30,661 nt of DNA. Source: a candidate division WOR-3 bacterium (GTDB lineage: Bacteria; Hydrothermota; 32-111; QNBC01). Positions 9,309-18,854 of this stretch are shown one piece after another. The translations under genes were made by a program, and so were the position numbers. The stretch's first letter is position 1; the number at the start of each line of letters is the position of its first letter. The stretch lies in NCBI GenBank assembly GCA_015486655.1, contig WFRF01000194.1, positions 1 to 30,661 on the forward strand. Reading direction: 5' to 3'. The notes under the pieces are model-generated. The model saw only the letters and a program-made list of their open reading frames with translations. It did not search any database and was not told where the DNA came from.

Positions 9309-9657
9309 TGTCATTCTGAACTCGTTTCAGAATAAAGCTACATTATTGAATTCCCCTCGGCAAGAGGGGTGGGCTAACGAATGTTAGGACGGGGTGTTCT
9401 AAAATAAGTAAGAACTGAGAAATTAAAAGTGAGAAGTGGGAACTGAGAACTAAGAATTTAAATCGGAAGTGATCTTATTATATTTATCTCTTAAAATGAC
9501 CCCTCAGCCCGGCAAAACCGGACAGCTCCCCTTAAAGTGGAGCAGCTATGTTCAGAAATAAATGGGAATAGGGGATTGAGAAATTAAATATTTAATTGCT
9601 TTTATTGAATTCTCTTTATTTCTTACTTATTATGTCTATGCTACCTACATTATCTAC
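9309..9657. repeat. Composite intergenic repeat element, copy 1 (GTCA hairpin, CCCCTC/GAGGGG double hairpin, heptamer array, inverted CCCC module, TATCTAC end)
   Basis: 9309-9333 matches 19530-19554 at 24/25. 9340-9409 aligns with 19586-19653. Seven heptamers at 9409-9457. Ends in TATGTC...TATCTAC like copy 2. Confidence 0.85.
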
Positions 9658-9711
9658 TCGAATTTTTATTTTTGACTTGATTTTTTGTGTGATTGTATTA
9701 TTAAATAGTAG

Positions 9712-9739
9712 TTGAAAAAAAAATATTATGTGCTATAAT
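9712..9739 (+). promoter_or_regulatory. Extended -10 sigma70-like promoter for the sucCD-like/kor operon
   Basis: TTGAAA (9712-9717), 16 nt, TATAAT (9734-9739) preceded by TGc; SD AGGAG 9749-9753. A second candidate is TTGACT 9672-9677, 18 nt, TATTAT 9696-9701. Confidence 0.65.
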
Positions 9740-9758
9740 CCACGCTATAGGAGTTAAT

Positions 9759-10604
9759 TTGGAAAGGTTAGCCGAGATTTTTTTGGAAATGGGGTATAGA
9801 CGATTACCCGCTATGACGGTTACTTCCGTTGAAGGGATAAAGGGCTTTATCGAATTATACGAATATCCTGTTTTTATTGAGGTTGGAAAACACCAGTTCG
9901 TCGTAAAAGATCAAATGAGTGTTGAAGCCTTCGATAAAGTTAAAATAGATGAAGCATTTGTAAAAAAATATTTTGAGAACGGCATTGGTCTTGAAATAGA
10001 ATATCATTCCGAGTATAACATTGTTTCCCTTGTTATCGAAAAGGGAGATAAAAAGGCCGATTTTCAATTAAATCCTCTTGTATCGCTTACGGCATACAAA
10101 ATAAAGAAGAATGCCCCGGAGGTCGGGGATTTTGTGGAGCAGATATGCGACTGCTATAATATGTTTTTGGATAATAATTATAAATCAATGTTAATAGATC
10201 TGTACAGGGAAAAGGGTGAAATATACTTTTCCTTAAGAAAAATGGACAAAAAAAGGGATGAGAGTTATGATGACATAGCGATTATTTACAATGTTAAAAC
10301 CGCCGGGGAGTATGTAAATGATCTTTTCAAACGGTACGGAAAACATGCTCATCTTGTTCCCATTGACCGAATTGAGAATGCACTGTCCCATTCTACGCAT
10401 ATTTTTATAATTATTGTGAATGACAGTGAGTCAAAAACCGAAAAGTATATGGATATTCTTCGTAATATCTCTTCATTTGAAAAACAATTTTACTGCATGT
10501 TTGAAGGGATTGATGACAAAAAGGTTAAGGGAATGCTTATGAAAAATAATATTATTTTCATGAATGATCCTTATACCTTTATTAAAACTGTAATCAACGG
10601 ATAG
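9759..10604 (+). CDS. Highly degenerate succinyl-CoA synthetase beta-subunit-like protein (catalytic motifs absent)
   Basis: Colinear resemblance to SucC by eye: EIFLEMG..VTSVEG..YPVFIEV; LNPLVSLTAYKIKK vs LDPLTGPMPYQGRE; DDIAIIYN..YVNDLFKRYG vs GNIGCMVN..TMDIVKLHG; FEGIDDKKVKGML vs LEGNNAELGAKKL. TTG start with SD. Position before a SucD-like gene supports the call. Confidence 0.65.
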   Translation: MERLAEIFLEMGYRRLPAMTVTSVEGIKGFIELYEYPVFIEVGKHQFVVKDQMSVEAFDKVKIDEAFVKKYFENGIGLEIEYHSEYNIVSLVIEKGDKKADFQLNPLVSLTAYKIKKNAPEVGDFVEQICDCYNMFLDNNYKSMLIDLYREKGEIYFSLRKMDKKRDESYDDIAIIYNVKTAGEYVNDLFKRYGKHAHLVPIDRIENALSHSTHIFIIIVNDSESKTEKYMDILRNISSFEKQFYCMFEGIDDKKVKGMLMKNNIIFMNDPYTFIKTVING

Positions 10605-10610
10605 GAGTAT

Positions 10611-11363
10611 ATGAAAGCATTAGAACTTCTCGATGAAAACAGCAGGGTAATTTATATCGGAGAAAATTCCGATACCATATACTCCAATGTGAAATTCGAT
10701 AAATACGGTTCATTATCCAAGAATCTTGTTTTTGAACGGTACGATCTGTGGTACATTGAAAATTTTATAAAGGATGAAAACGATATTTTGGAAATAATAG
10801 ATTCCAAACCGAAAATAATAATCTTTGGTAATACCGTTCTAAACGAAATTTATAAGAGAAGGATTGCTCAATTTTCTATTTTTAAGAAAGTTCCCATATT
10901 AGGGCCGCATTCGAGCGGTGTTTTTACAAATAATTTCTATTTTGGTAAAATAAACCCCGCTTTATTTAAAAACAGAACGGGAGTTTGTGTTATTTCCAGC
11001 AACCAGTATATACCGTATATGATTGAAAAAGAATTAGCCTGGTATGATTGGGGAATTTCACAATGTGTAACCATCGGTTCGGGAGAGGGCTTACTTACAT
11101 CATATGAGGGAACGCTTGATAAAGTATGTGACGTAAATAGTTGTGTGGGTGTTATTTTACACATTGATTTAAACAATTATATACTACCTTCAATAGCAAA
11201 TTACATAAAAAAGAATTTTCATAAACCTATAATTGTTTTTGTGACGGGGAGAAGTGAATTTCCCGTTAAAGGTTATGAGCTTGTCAAATATTTTCGTGAT
11301 GTTAATATAGATGTTGCCCTTGATATAGGGGAAATTGTTAAAATGTTGAAGAAGATAATTTAA
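10611..11363 (+). CDS. Highly degenerate succinyl-CoA synthetase alpha-subunit-like protein (phospho-His loop absent)
   Basis: LLDENSRVIYIG vs LIDKNTKVICQG; VPILGPHSSGVFT vs VRMIGPNCPGVIT; GVCVISS vs VGIVSR; WGISQCVTIGSG vs FGQSTCVGIGGD; NYIKKNFHKPIIVFVTG vs AYIKEHVTKPVVGYIAG. No MGHAGA. SD AGGAG 10603-10607. Confidence 0.8.
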   Translation: MKALELLDENSRVIYIGENSDTIYSNVKFDKYGSLSKNLVFERYDLWYIENFIKDENDILEIIDSKPKIIIFGNTVLNEIYKRRIAQFSIFKKVPILGPHSSGVFTNNFYFGKINPALFKNRTGVCVISSNQYIPYMIEKELAWYDWGISQCVTIGSGEGLLTSYEGTLDKVCDVNSCVGVILHIDLNNYILPSIANYIKKNFHKPIIVFVTGRSEFPVKGYELVKYFRDVNIDVALDIGEIVKMLKKII

Positions 11364-11374
11364 GGAGATGTATA

Positions 11375-11623
11375 ATGGCTAAATTCAATATTTTTGTTGA
11401 AAACAGGTTGTGCAAAGGTTGTAGCTTATGTGTTTCGGTTTGTCCTAAAAACGTATTGGAACTGGATCCGTTAACGGATAAATGTATACCCGTTAGACAG
11501 GATGACTGTATAGGGTGCAAAATGTGTGAAAATATGTGTCCTGATTTTGCAATAGCAGTTGAACCGGAGGGAAAGGACAGCCCTTATAATGGAATAAGGT
11601 TGAAATCAGAACAGGAAGATTGA
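11375..11623 (+). CDS. korD: 2-oxoacid:ferredoxin oxidoreductase delta subunit (2x[4Fe-4S] ferredoxin)
   Basis: CKGCSLCVSVCP and CIGCKMCENMCP; directly before korA. Confidence 0.88.
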   Translation: MAKFNIFVENRLCKGCSLCVSVCPKNVLELDPLTDKCIPVRQDDCIGCKMCENMCPDFAIAVEPEGKDSPYNGIRLKSEQED

Positions 11624-11670
11624 TCTGATAATGAAATGAAAAGGTATGTATAATATAAACAGGAGCTTTT

Positions 11671-12798
11671 ATGAGTAATGCGAAATTGGTTCAGGGAGAT
11701 ATAGCATGTGCTATGGGTGCTATTGATGCCGGTTGCAGGTTCTTTGCCGGTTATCCGATTACACCTGCATCAGATATAGCAGAAGAGATGTCCAAATTGT
11801 TGCCCATGGTCGGCGGAAAATTCATTCAAATGGAAGATGAGATTGCAAGTATGGCGGCAATAATAGGCGGGAGTCTTGCCGGAGCTAAATCAATGACAGC
11901 AACCAGTGGTCCCGGATTTTCGTTGAAACAAGAAAATTTGGGATTTGCAATAATGGCTGAGATCCCTACTGTAGTCGTCAATGTACAGAGAGGGGGACCT
12001 TCAACAGGTTTACCGACCCTTCCATCACAGTCAGATATGATGCAGGCAAGGTGGGGAACGCACGGCGACCATGAAATAATTGCAATTATTCCTTATACCG
12101 TCGAAGAAGTCTATTATGAAACGATAAGGGCTTTTAATCTCGCTGAAATGCTTAGAACCCCCGTTATTTTACTAATGGATGAGGTAATAGGGCATATGAG
12201 CGAAAATTTCAAAAGACCGGACAAGAGCAAAATAGAAATAATAAACAGAAAATTCCCTACAAAAACCCCGGAAGAGTATTTTCCCTATGATGAGAATGAA
12301 GGTCTTGTACCACCTCTTGCCCCCTTCGGAAAGGGATACAGATATCATGTTACCGGTTTGGCGCATGACAAAACAGGTTTCCCTTCAACACACGAAGAAA
12401 GTGTAAAGAGGCTTATGGAACGCATGAGGGACAAAATACTGAATAATCGGGCAATAATCGATAAGTGTGATATCAGAAAAGAGGGGAATGAGGAGATAGG
12501 CATTTTTGCATATGGAAGCTCAGCGAGAACATCAATTGAGGCAATTGATAATTTGAAGGAAAAAGGAATCGATGTGGCATTGATGAGACCTGTTACCATA
12601 TGGCCGTTTCCCAAAGAGCAGTTGCTCGAATTTGCCAAAGGCTTAAAGAAAATCGTCGTTCCCGAAATGAATTTTGGTCAGATTGTCGGAGAGGTAAAAA
12701 AATATTTAAGCGATGATGTTGAAATTATTCCGCTTAACAAATATACGGGCAGACTTATCACTCCCGAAGAGATAGTAGATAAGATTTTGGAGGGTTAG
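11671..12798 (+). CDS. korA: 2-oxoacid:ferredoxin oxidoreductase alpha subunit
   Basis: FFAGYPITPASDI, QMEDEIAS, TSGPGFSLKQE, QRGGPSTGLPT motifs. The 2-oxoglutarate specificity is inferred. Confidence 0.93.
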   Translation: MSNAKLVQGDIACAMGAIDAGCRFFAGYPITPASDIAEEMSKLLPMVGGKFIQMEDEIASMAAIIGGSLAGAKSMTATSGPGFSLKQENLGFAIMAEIPTVVVNVQRGGPSTGLPTLPSQSDMMQARWGTHGDHEIIAIIPYTVEEVYYETIRAFNLAEMLRTPVILLMDEVIGHMSENFKRPDKSKIEIINRKFPTKTPEEYFPYDENEGLVPPLAPFGKGYRYHVTGLAHDKTGFPSTHEESVKRLMERMRDKILNNRAIIDKCDIRKEGNEEIGIFAYGSSARTSIEAIDNLKEKGIDVALMRPVTIWPFPKEQLLEFAKGLKKIVVPEMNFGQIVGEVKKYLSDDVEIIPLNKYTGRLITPEEIVDKILEG

Positions 12799-13626
12799 AT
12801 GGATACAGATACAAAACTTAAATATCTTAGAACGGAAAAACTGCCACATATATGGTGCCCGGGATGCGGACACGGAATTATATTGGGAGCATTACTGAAG
12901 AGTTTTGATAAATTGGGATGGGAGAAGAATGACATAGTAGTCGTATCCGGAATCGGTTGTTCGGGGAGAACCCCCGGCTATATAGATGCCAATACGCTGC
13001 ACACTACACATGGAAGAGCGTTGGCTTTTGCAACGGGCATAAAAATGGTAAACCCAGCATTACACGTTGTAGTAGTTATGGGTGACGGTGATGCATCTGC
13101 AATAGGAGGGAATCATCTGATTCATGCTGCCCGAAGAAATATAGATCTTACCGCAATCGTTTTTAACAACAACATATACGGTATGACCGGCGGACAATAC
13201 TCACCTACCACTCCTTTCGGTGCAAAAGCCAGTACGGCACCCTACGGAAATATCGAACCGAATTTTGATCTCGTGGAACTTGCCATGGGGGCAGGAGCAA
13301 CGTATGTTGCAAGAGCGACCTCCTACCATGAGGCGATTCTTGAAAAATATATACAAAATGCGCTTCTGCACAAAGGTTTTTCATTCATCGATGTATATAC
13401 CACATGTCCGACACAATTCGGCAGATTGAATAAAATTAAATCTCCTATTGATAATATTTTCATGTTGAGGGATAAAGCGATCATGAAATCAAAAGCGGAG
13501 AAAATGTCGCCTGAAGAGATAAAAGGAAAGGTTTTAATAGGTGAGTTTCGTAATGACAAAGAGAAACGTGAATATACGGAACTTTATGATGAGATTATAC
13601 GCAGAGCGACGAAAAAGGAGATGTAG
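12799..13626 (+). CDS. korB: 2-oxoacid:ferredoxin oxidoreductase beta subunit (TPP-binding)
   Basis: WCPGCGHG, SGIGCS, HGRA, GDGD...NNNIYGMTGGQYSPT. Confidence 0.93.
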   Translation: MDTDTKLKYLRTEKLPHIWCPGCGHGIILGALLKSFDKLGWEKNDIVVVSGIGCSGRTPGYIDANTLHTTHGRALAFATGIKMVNPALHVVVVMGDGDASAIGGNHLIHAARRNIDLTAIVFNNNIYGMTGGQYSPTTPFGAKASTAPYGNIEPNFDLVELAMGAGATYVARATSYHEAILEKYIQNALLHKGFSFIDVYTTCPTQFGRLNKIKSPIDNIFMLRDKAIMKSKAEKMSPEEIKGKVLIGEFRNDKEKREYTELYDEIIRRATKKEM

Positions 13627-14157
13627 ATGAAACTGGAAATTAGACTTTGCGGCTTTGGCGGGCAGGGATTAATTCTTGCCTCTAAATTGTTGTCGCAGGC
13701 TGCTATTATAGACGGAAAAATTGCGACACAATATCAGACATACGGAGCGCAGGTGCGTGGCGGAACGGTAAAAGGGGATGTTGTAATTTCAGATAAACGA
13801 ATTGACCACCCTACCGTAATTAAACCGGATATGTTGGTGATTATGAGCCAGGATGCATATAAAAAATACGGAAATTTTGTTAAAGACGACGGGATTATTA
13901 TAACGGACCCTTTTTATGTCAAAGGAATTGAGAGAGAACATATAGAAGTGCCTTTTTATGAAACCGTTAAAGAAGAATTACACTCCACATTACCTTTGAA
14001 TATGATGATTATTTCCTTTTTAGCAAAATACACAAATACTGTTTCCGAAGAGTCCATTAAAAAGGCAGTTCTTGAGAAGATACCGCCACATACCGTGGAG
14101 ATTAATACAAAAGCTCTTGAAATAGGTGCAGAGTTTGGTGAAAAATTCAAAAAATAA
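13627..14157 (+). CDS. korC: 2-oxoacid:ferredoxin oxidoreductase gamma subunit
   Basis: IRLCGFGGQGLIL, YGAQVRGG; abuts korB. Confidence 0.92.
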   Translation: MKLEIRLCGFGGQGLILASKLLSQAAIIDGKIATQYQTYGAQVRGGTVKGDVVISDKRIDHPTVIKPDMLVIMSQDAYKKYGNFVKDDGIIITDPFYVKGIEREHIEVPFYETVKEELHSTLPLNMMIISFLAKYTNTVSEESIKKAVLEKIPPHTVEINTKALEIGAEFGEKFKK

Positions 14158-15802
14158 AATAGTGATTACTTTTAACGGTAAAAATTACGAGTTTCATGCT
14201 CCCGTAAAAGGAACAGAACTTGCGAAAACTATCTTTGAAGGGAAAAAAGGTGACGTTGTCGCAATAATTAAGGATAATCACTATATCCGTTTGAATGATA
14301 CAATAGAGGGTGATGCAAACGTGGATTTTGTCTATCTGAACAGTGTAAAAGGGATGCGTATATACACATCAACACTGTTTCTCGTTCTCCTGAAATCCTT
14401 TTATGAGTTGTATCCCAACGGAGATTTGATAATTGACCATTCCATATCAAAGGGATACTACTGTTTCGCTGAAATCGGACGTGTTTTTGACTCCCGAGAT
14501 ATTAAGAAATTAAAATCGAGGATGAGCGAGCTGATTGATAAAGATATACCAATCGAGAGTTCGAGAATGGGTGTGGAAGAGGCAAGGGAACTGTTTAAAT
14601 CGAAGGGTTATTTCGATACATACGAGTTGCTTAAGTATAGAAATTCAGGTGCGATTGATGTTTATTCGTTGAAGGATAACTGCGAGTTTTATACGGAACC
14701 GCTTCTCCCGTCTACGGGATATGTTAAGGATTTTGATTTAAGAGCATACCCTCCTGGGTTCATTTTACGGGTGCCATATTATACAAATAACGGAAAAATC
14801 CCGGAATTCAAAGAGGAGAGGAAGCTTTTTACCATATTCAGAGAAACTTTTTACAGGAACAAAATAATCGGTATAAGCAACGTTGTTGAGTTGAATAAAT
14901 CCATTGAAGACGGTAAAATAAGCGATATTGTAAAAATATCAGAGGCATTTCACGAGAAAAAGATACATGATATTGCAAATGAAATCAATTCAAGAAGAAA
15001 TTATCTTAAATTTGTTCTCATATCCGGACCTTCATCGTCGGGTAAAACGACATTCTCAAAACGCTTATCAATTGCTCTTAAATTGTATGGAATCAATACA
15101 ATTACAATATCGCTTGATGATTATTTTCTTGACAGGGACAAAACGCCTAAAGACGAGAACGGCAATTACGATTACGAATCGTTGTATGCACTTGATCTGA
15201 ATCTTTTTAACGAACAGATATTCTCACTTTTAAGAGGAGATGAAGTTGCTTTACCTAAGTTTAATTTTAAACTGGGGAAACAGGAATTCGGCAAGAAGAT
15301 TAAACTTGAAAAAAATCAGATGTTGGTAATCGAAGGAATTCACGGACTTGATCCCAAACTGACAGAACAGATACCCGGTTATTTGAAATTTAATATATAT
15401 GTCAGTGCACTTACACAATTGAATTTGGATTACCATCACAGAATGCCCACCACCGATGCTCGCATACTGAGAAGAATCGTAAGAGATAATCTTTACAGAG
15501 GACATTCGGCGCTTGCAACAATTCAAATGTGGGCGAGTGTGAGGAAGGGAGAAGACAGGAATATATTCCCTTATCAAGAAAATGCGGATGTAATGTTTAA
15601 TTCCGCTCTCAGCTATGAATTAGCAGTTTTGAAAAGAAAGGTGGAAGGACTTTTGCTTGAGATAGATGATTCAAGTCCGGAATATCCCGAAGCTCAGCGA
15701 TTATTGCAACTTCTCAGTTTTTTCAAAACAATTGACGATAAAGAGGTCCCGCCGACATCAATATTAAGGGAATTTATAGGCGGTTCAAGCTTTAAATATT
15801 AA
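14138..15802 (+). CDS. Nucleoside (uridine) kinase family protein with N-terminal TGS/ThrRS-N-like domains
   Basis: P-loop ISGPSSSGKTT, SLDDYF, IEGIHGL, RRIVRD...RG; N-terminal half resembles the ThrRS N-domain. Start uncertain (GTG 14138 chosen; ORF opens at 14126). Confidence 0.85.
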   Translation: MKNSKNKIVITFNGKNYEFHAPVKGTELAKTIFEGKKGDVVAIIKDNHYIRLNDTIEGDANVDFVYLNSVKGMRIYTSTLFLVLLKSFYELYPNGDLIIDHSISKGYYCFAEIGRVFDSRDIKKLKSRMSELIDKDIPIESSRMGVEEARELFKSKGYFDTYELLKYRNSGAIDVYSLKDNCEFYTEPLLPSTGYVKDFDLRAYPPGFILRVPYYTNNGKIPEFKEERKLFTIFRETFYRNKIIGISNVVELNKSIEDGKISDIVKISEAFHEKKIHDIANEINSRRNYLKFVLISGPSSSGKTTFSKRLSIALKLYGINTITISLDDYFLDRDKTPKDENGNYDYESLYALDLNLFNEQIFSLLRGDEVALPKFNFKLGKQEFGKKIKLEKNQMLVIEGIHGLDPKLTEQIPGYLKFNIYVSALTQLNLDYHHRMPTTDARILRRIVRDNLYRGHSALATIQMWASVRKGEDRNIFPYQENADVMFNSALSYELAVLKRKVEGLLLEIDDSSPEYPEAQRLLQLLSFFKTIDDKEVPPTSILREFIGGSSFKY

Positions 15803-15804
15803 AT

Positions 15805-16842
15805 TTAAGCCAACCTTTTAATCCTTTCGAAATCGGCTTTAACCATAATGTTGACCAGTTCTTCAAATGTAATTTTGGGTTTCCACCCAAGTTCCGTTTG
15901 AGCTTTACTGCTGTCCCCTATAAGTATATCTACCTCCGAAGGCCTGAAGTAACGGGGATTAACACCGATTATCTCTTTACCCGTGTTCTTATCTATTCCA
16001 ACCTCGTTAACACCTTCTCCTTTCCATTCTATTTCAATGCCTAAAGCTCTGAACGTGTGCTCGCAAAATTCTCTAACCGAATGCGTTTCCCCCGTTGCTA
16101 TGACGTAATCATCCGGGGTTTTGGACTGTAACATAAGCCACATCGCATAGACGTAATCTTTTGCGTATCCCCAGTCCCTCTTTGCATTGAGGTTACCGAG
16201 GAATAATTTATCCTGTAATCCCAGTTTAATTTTAGAGGCGGAAATTGTTATTTTTCTTGTAACAAAATTTTCCCCGCGTCTAGGGGATTCGTGGTTAAAT
16301 AATATGCCGTTTACGGCAAACATATTGTATGCTTCCCTATAATTTTTAACTATCCAGTAACCGTATAACTTCGCGACACCGTAAGGACTTCTGGGGTAAA
16401 ACGGTGTTTTTTCCGTTTGAGGAATTTCCTGCACTTTCCCGTATAACTCCGAAGTCGAAGCCTGGTAAAATTTTGTATTAACACCTGTTTCCCTTATTGC
16501 GTCTAGAAGCCTGAGAACACCTACGGCATCTGTTTCTGCGGTATATTCCGGTACCTCAAATGAAACTCTTACATGGCTTTGAGCGGCGAGATTGTATATT
16601 TCATCGGGGTTCACCTTCTCGATTATCCTATTTAAATTGCTTGAGTCGGTCATGTCTCCGTAATGCAGAAAAAAAGTCTTATTGTAGAGTTCACGATTCA
16701 TTGTCAGGTGATCGATTCTCTGCCTGTTTAGGCTTGAGGAACGTCTTATTATACCATGAACTTCGTATCCTTTTTCCAATAGCAATTCTGCCAGATAACT
16801 GCCGTCCTGTCCCGATATGCCTGTGATTAGAGCTTTTTTCAT
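15805..16842 (-). CDS. gmd: GDP-mannose 4,6-dehydratase
   Basis: [53 protein letters not shown]. Confidence 0.97.
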   Translation of the reverse strand: MKKALITGISGQDGSYLAELLLEKGYEVHGIIRRSSSLNRQRIDHLTMNRELYNKTFFLHYGDMTDSSNLNRIIEKVNPDEIYNLAAQSHVRVSFEVPEYTAETDAVGVLRLLDAIRETGVNTKFYQASTSELYGKVQEIPQTEKTPFYPRSPYGVAKLYGYWIVKNYREAYNMFAVNGILFNHESPRRGENFVTRKITISASKIKLGLQDKLFLGNLNAKRDWGYAKDYVYAMWLMLQSKTPDDYVIATGETHSVREFCEHTFRALGIEIEWKGEGVNEVGIDKNTGKEIIGVNPRYFRPSEVDILIGDSSKAQTELGWKPKITFEELVNIMVKADFERIKRLA

Positions 16843-17396
16843 ATTTCACCTCTTAAAAGTATTTCTTTTATCTCATTTAACGTTTTTCCCTGTCTGTCCT
16901 TATCTGAAATTACAGGGTTATCTATGGGCCATTTTATACCTACTGTAGGATCGTCCCATAAAAGTATGATTTCCGATTCCGGATTATAGTACTCCGTGCA
17001 TTTATAGTTTAAGATTGTATTATCTTCAAGGGCAGCGAAACCATGGGCAAACCCCGGAGGAATGAAGAGCTGTTTATATTCTATGTCGTCCAGCTCAATT
17101 GAGAAGTACTTGCCGAATGTCGGAGAATTTAAACGTAAATCAACTGCAACGTCAAATATTTTCCCCCTGACAACACGGACGAGTTTTCCCTGAGCAAAAT
17201 TTCCTGTTTGAAGGTGCATTCCTCGTATGGTTCCTACCATTGACATTGATTCGTTATCCTGAACAAAGCGGGAGACAACACCGCTTTTCGTATATCTTTT
17301 GAGGTGGTAAGTTTCAAAAAAATAACCTCGTTTATCCTTAAAGATCTGCGGTGTTATTATTAAAAGTCCTTCAAAATCGGTTTTATCTACATTCAT
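16839..17396 (-). CDS. rfbC: dTDP-4-dehydrorhamnose 3,5-epimerase
   Basis: [43 protein letters not shown]. Confidence 0.95.
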   Translation of the reverse strand: MNVDKTDFEGLLIITPQIFKDKRGYFFETYHLKRYTKSGVVSRFVQDNESMSMVGTIRGMHLQTGNFAQGKLVRVVRGKIFDVAVDLRLNSPTFGKYFSIELDDIEYKQLFIPPGFAHGFAALEDNTILNYKCTEYYNPESEIILLWDDPTVGIKWPIDNPVISDKDRQGKTLNEIKEILLRGEI

Positions 17397-18469
17397 TATT
17401 CACCATAAGTGTCTTTATAGTATAAATTATATTCTTTATCCGTTGAGTTTTCAAGCCATTTGCGATTATCGATATACCAGCGCACGGTTCTTTCCAGAGC
17501 GGTTTTTAATTCTGTTTCCGGTTTCCAATTCAGTAGGCTCCTTATCTTATCTGTCTTCAATGAATAACGTTTGTCATGCCCTTTTCTGTCTTTTACAAAT
17601 CTTATCAAGGAATAATCAATGTCTGAGTTAGTATAATTTTTAACAAGGTCAATTATAATCTTAGCAATTGCGATATTGGAGATTTCGTTTCCACCACCGA
17701 TGTTATATATTTCACCGCTCTTACCTCTGTTTATAATAATATCAATTGCTCTGACATTATCTTCCACATAAAGCCAGTCTCTTATATTGCCGCCGTCTCC
17801 GTATATGGGAATTGGTTTTTTGTTTAAACAGTTGTTAACGATCAGAGGTATGAGTTTTTCGGGATATTGGTAGGGACCGAAATTGTTGGAGCTTCTTGTA
17901 ATAATTACAGGTGCTTTGAATGTTCTTACAAAGGAGTATGCCAAAAGATCGGCAGAAGCTTTTGAAGCGGCATAAGGACTGCTGGGGAAAAGGGGGGAAA
18001 CCTCGGAAAAACTCTCTTTATTTTTTGTTTCTCCGTAAACTTCATCTGTTGAGATTTGAATAAAACGTTTGTTTGGAATCCATTTTTCATCTTTGTAGAA
18101 ATTGTCTTTAAAATGTTCCAATAATTTGAATACGCCGAAAGTATTTGTTTGAATGAAATTTTCAGGCGATTTAATACTCCTGTCTACATGGGATTCTGCA
18201 GCGAAGTTTACAATTATATCTGGAGAGTATTTCTTGAATATTTCTGAGAGAGTTACATCATCTGTTATATCTACCTTTATAAATTTATAATTATCATGAA
18301 AATCCTTTTCTATATCAGATAAATTATTCTCGTTACCGGCATATGTTAACTTGTCCAAATTAATTACACGAATACCATTACCGTATCTTTTAAACAGAAA
18401 CCTTATAAAATTGGATCCTATAAAACCGGCTCCGCCTGTAATAAAGTATGTGTTCTTATTTATATTCAT
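17396..18469 (-). CDS. rfbB: dTDP-glucose 4,6-dehydratase
   Basis: ITGGAGFIGSN, DKLTYAGN, AAESHVDRSI, STDEVYG, SPYAASKAS, YGDGGNIRDWLYV. Confidence 0.95.
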   Translation of the reverse strand: MNINKNTYFITGGAGFIGSNFIRFLFKRYGNGIRVINLDKLTYAGNENNLSDIEKDFHDNYKFIKVDITDDVTLSEIFKKYSPDIIVNFAAESHVDRSIKSPENFIQTNTFGVFKLLEHFKDNFYKDEKWIPNKRFIQISTDEVYGETKNKESFSEVSPLFPSSPYAASKASADLLAYSFVRTFKAPVIITRSSNNFGPYQYPEKLIPLIVNNCLNKKPIPIYGDGGNIRDWLYVEDNVRAIDIIINRGKSGEIYNIGGGNEISNIAIAKIIIDLVKNYTNSDIDYSLIRFVKDRKGHDKRYSLKTDKIRSLLNWKPETELKTALERTVRWYIDNRKWLENSTDKEYNLYYKDTYGE

Positions 18470-18479
18470 AGTCTAAGGG

Positions 18480-18508
18480 ATTATATTTAATTTATATGTA
18501 TGCGTCAA
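18480..18508 (-). promoter_or_regulatory. sigma70-like promoter for rfbB-rfbC-gmd (very short leader)
   Basis: Minus strand TTGACG (18508-18503), 17 nt, TATAAT (18485-18480); only 10 nt to the ATG and no SD. Confidence 0.7.
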
Positions 18509-18542
18509 GGAGATTGTTGAAAAGACGGTTTAAAATTATACG

Positions 18543-18854
18543 CTAAGTAATGTCTTCCAATTTAATTTCAAGAAACTCGAATATATCTTCGAATAATTCC
18601 TTCAAGAGTTCAATGTTTACTTTAAATATAACATTCTTCCCCTCTTTTCTTCTATGTAGAAGGCGTGCACTTTCTAACACTTTGAGATGATGAGAGGCAA
18701 CGGATGCGCTCATATCAAATTCTTGTGCAACGTCACCTACACAGAACTCCTTATTGGAGAGATAACGCAATATTTCAAGCCTTCTCTCTTCAGAGAGAGC
18801 TTTGAATATACGAGCCTTTTCTCTTAAAGTTAATTTCATAATACTCAGTTTCAC
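18543..18854 (-). CDS. ArsR/SmtB family transcriptional regulator
   Basis: FKALSEERRLEIL, FCVGDVA...SVASHHLKVLESARLL...EGK. Start may be ATG 18839. Confidence 0.9.
   Translation of the reverse strand: MKLSIMKLTLREKARIFKALSEERRLEILRYLSNKEFCVGDVAQEFDMSASVASHHLKVLESARLLHRRKEGKNVIFKVNIELLKELFEDIFEFLEIKLEDIT

Noticed and set aside
9759-11363. Calling the pair functional sucC/sucD, ATP-citrate lyase or ADP-forming acyl-CoA synthetase
   Set aside because: All of these need the phospho-His loop and ATP-grasp residues, which are absent, so gene symbols are withheld.
14126-14137. ATG 14126 as the start of the nucleoside kinase
   Set aside because: It has no convincing SD and gives a longer overlap with korC. 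GTG 14138 or 14162 are at least as plausible, so the start is unresolved.
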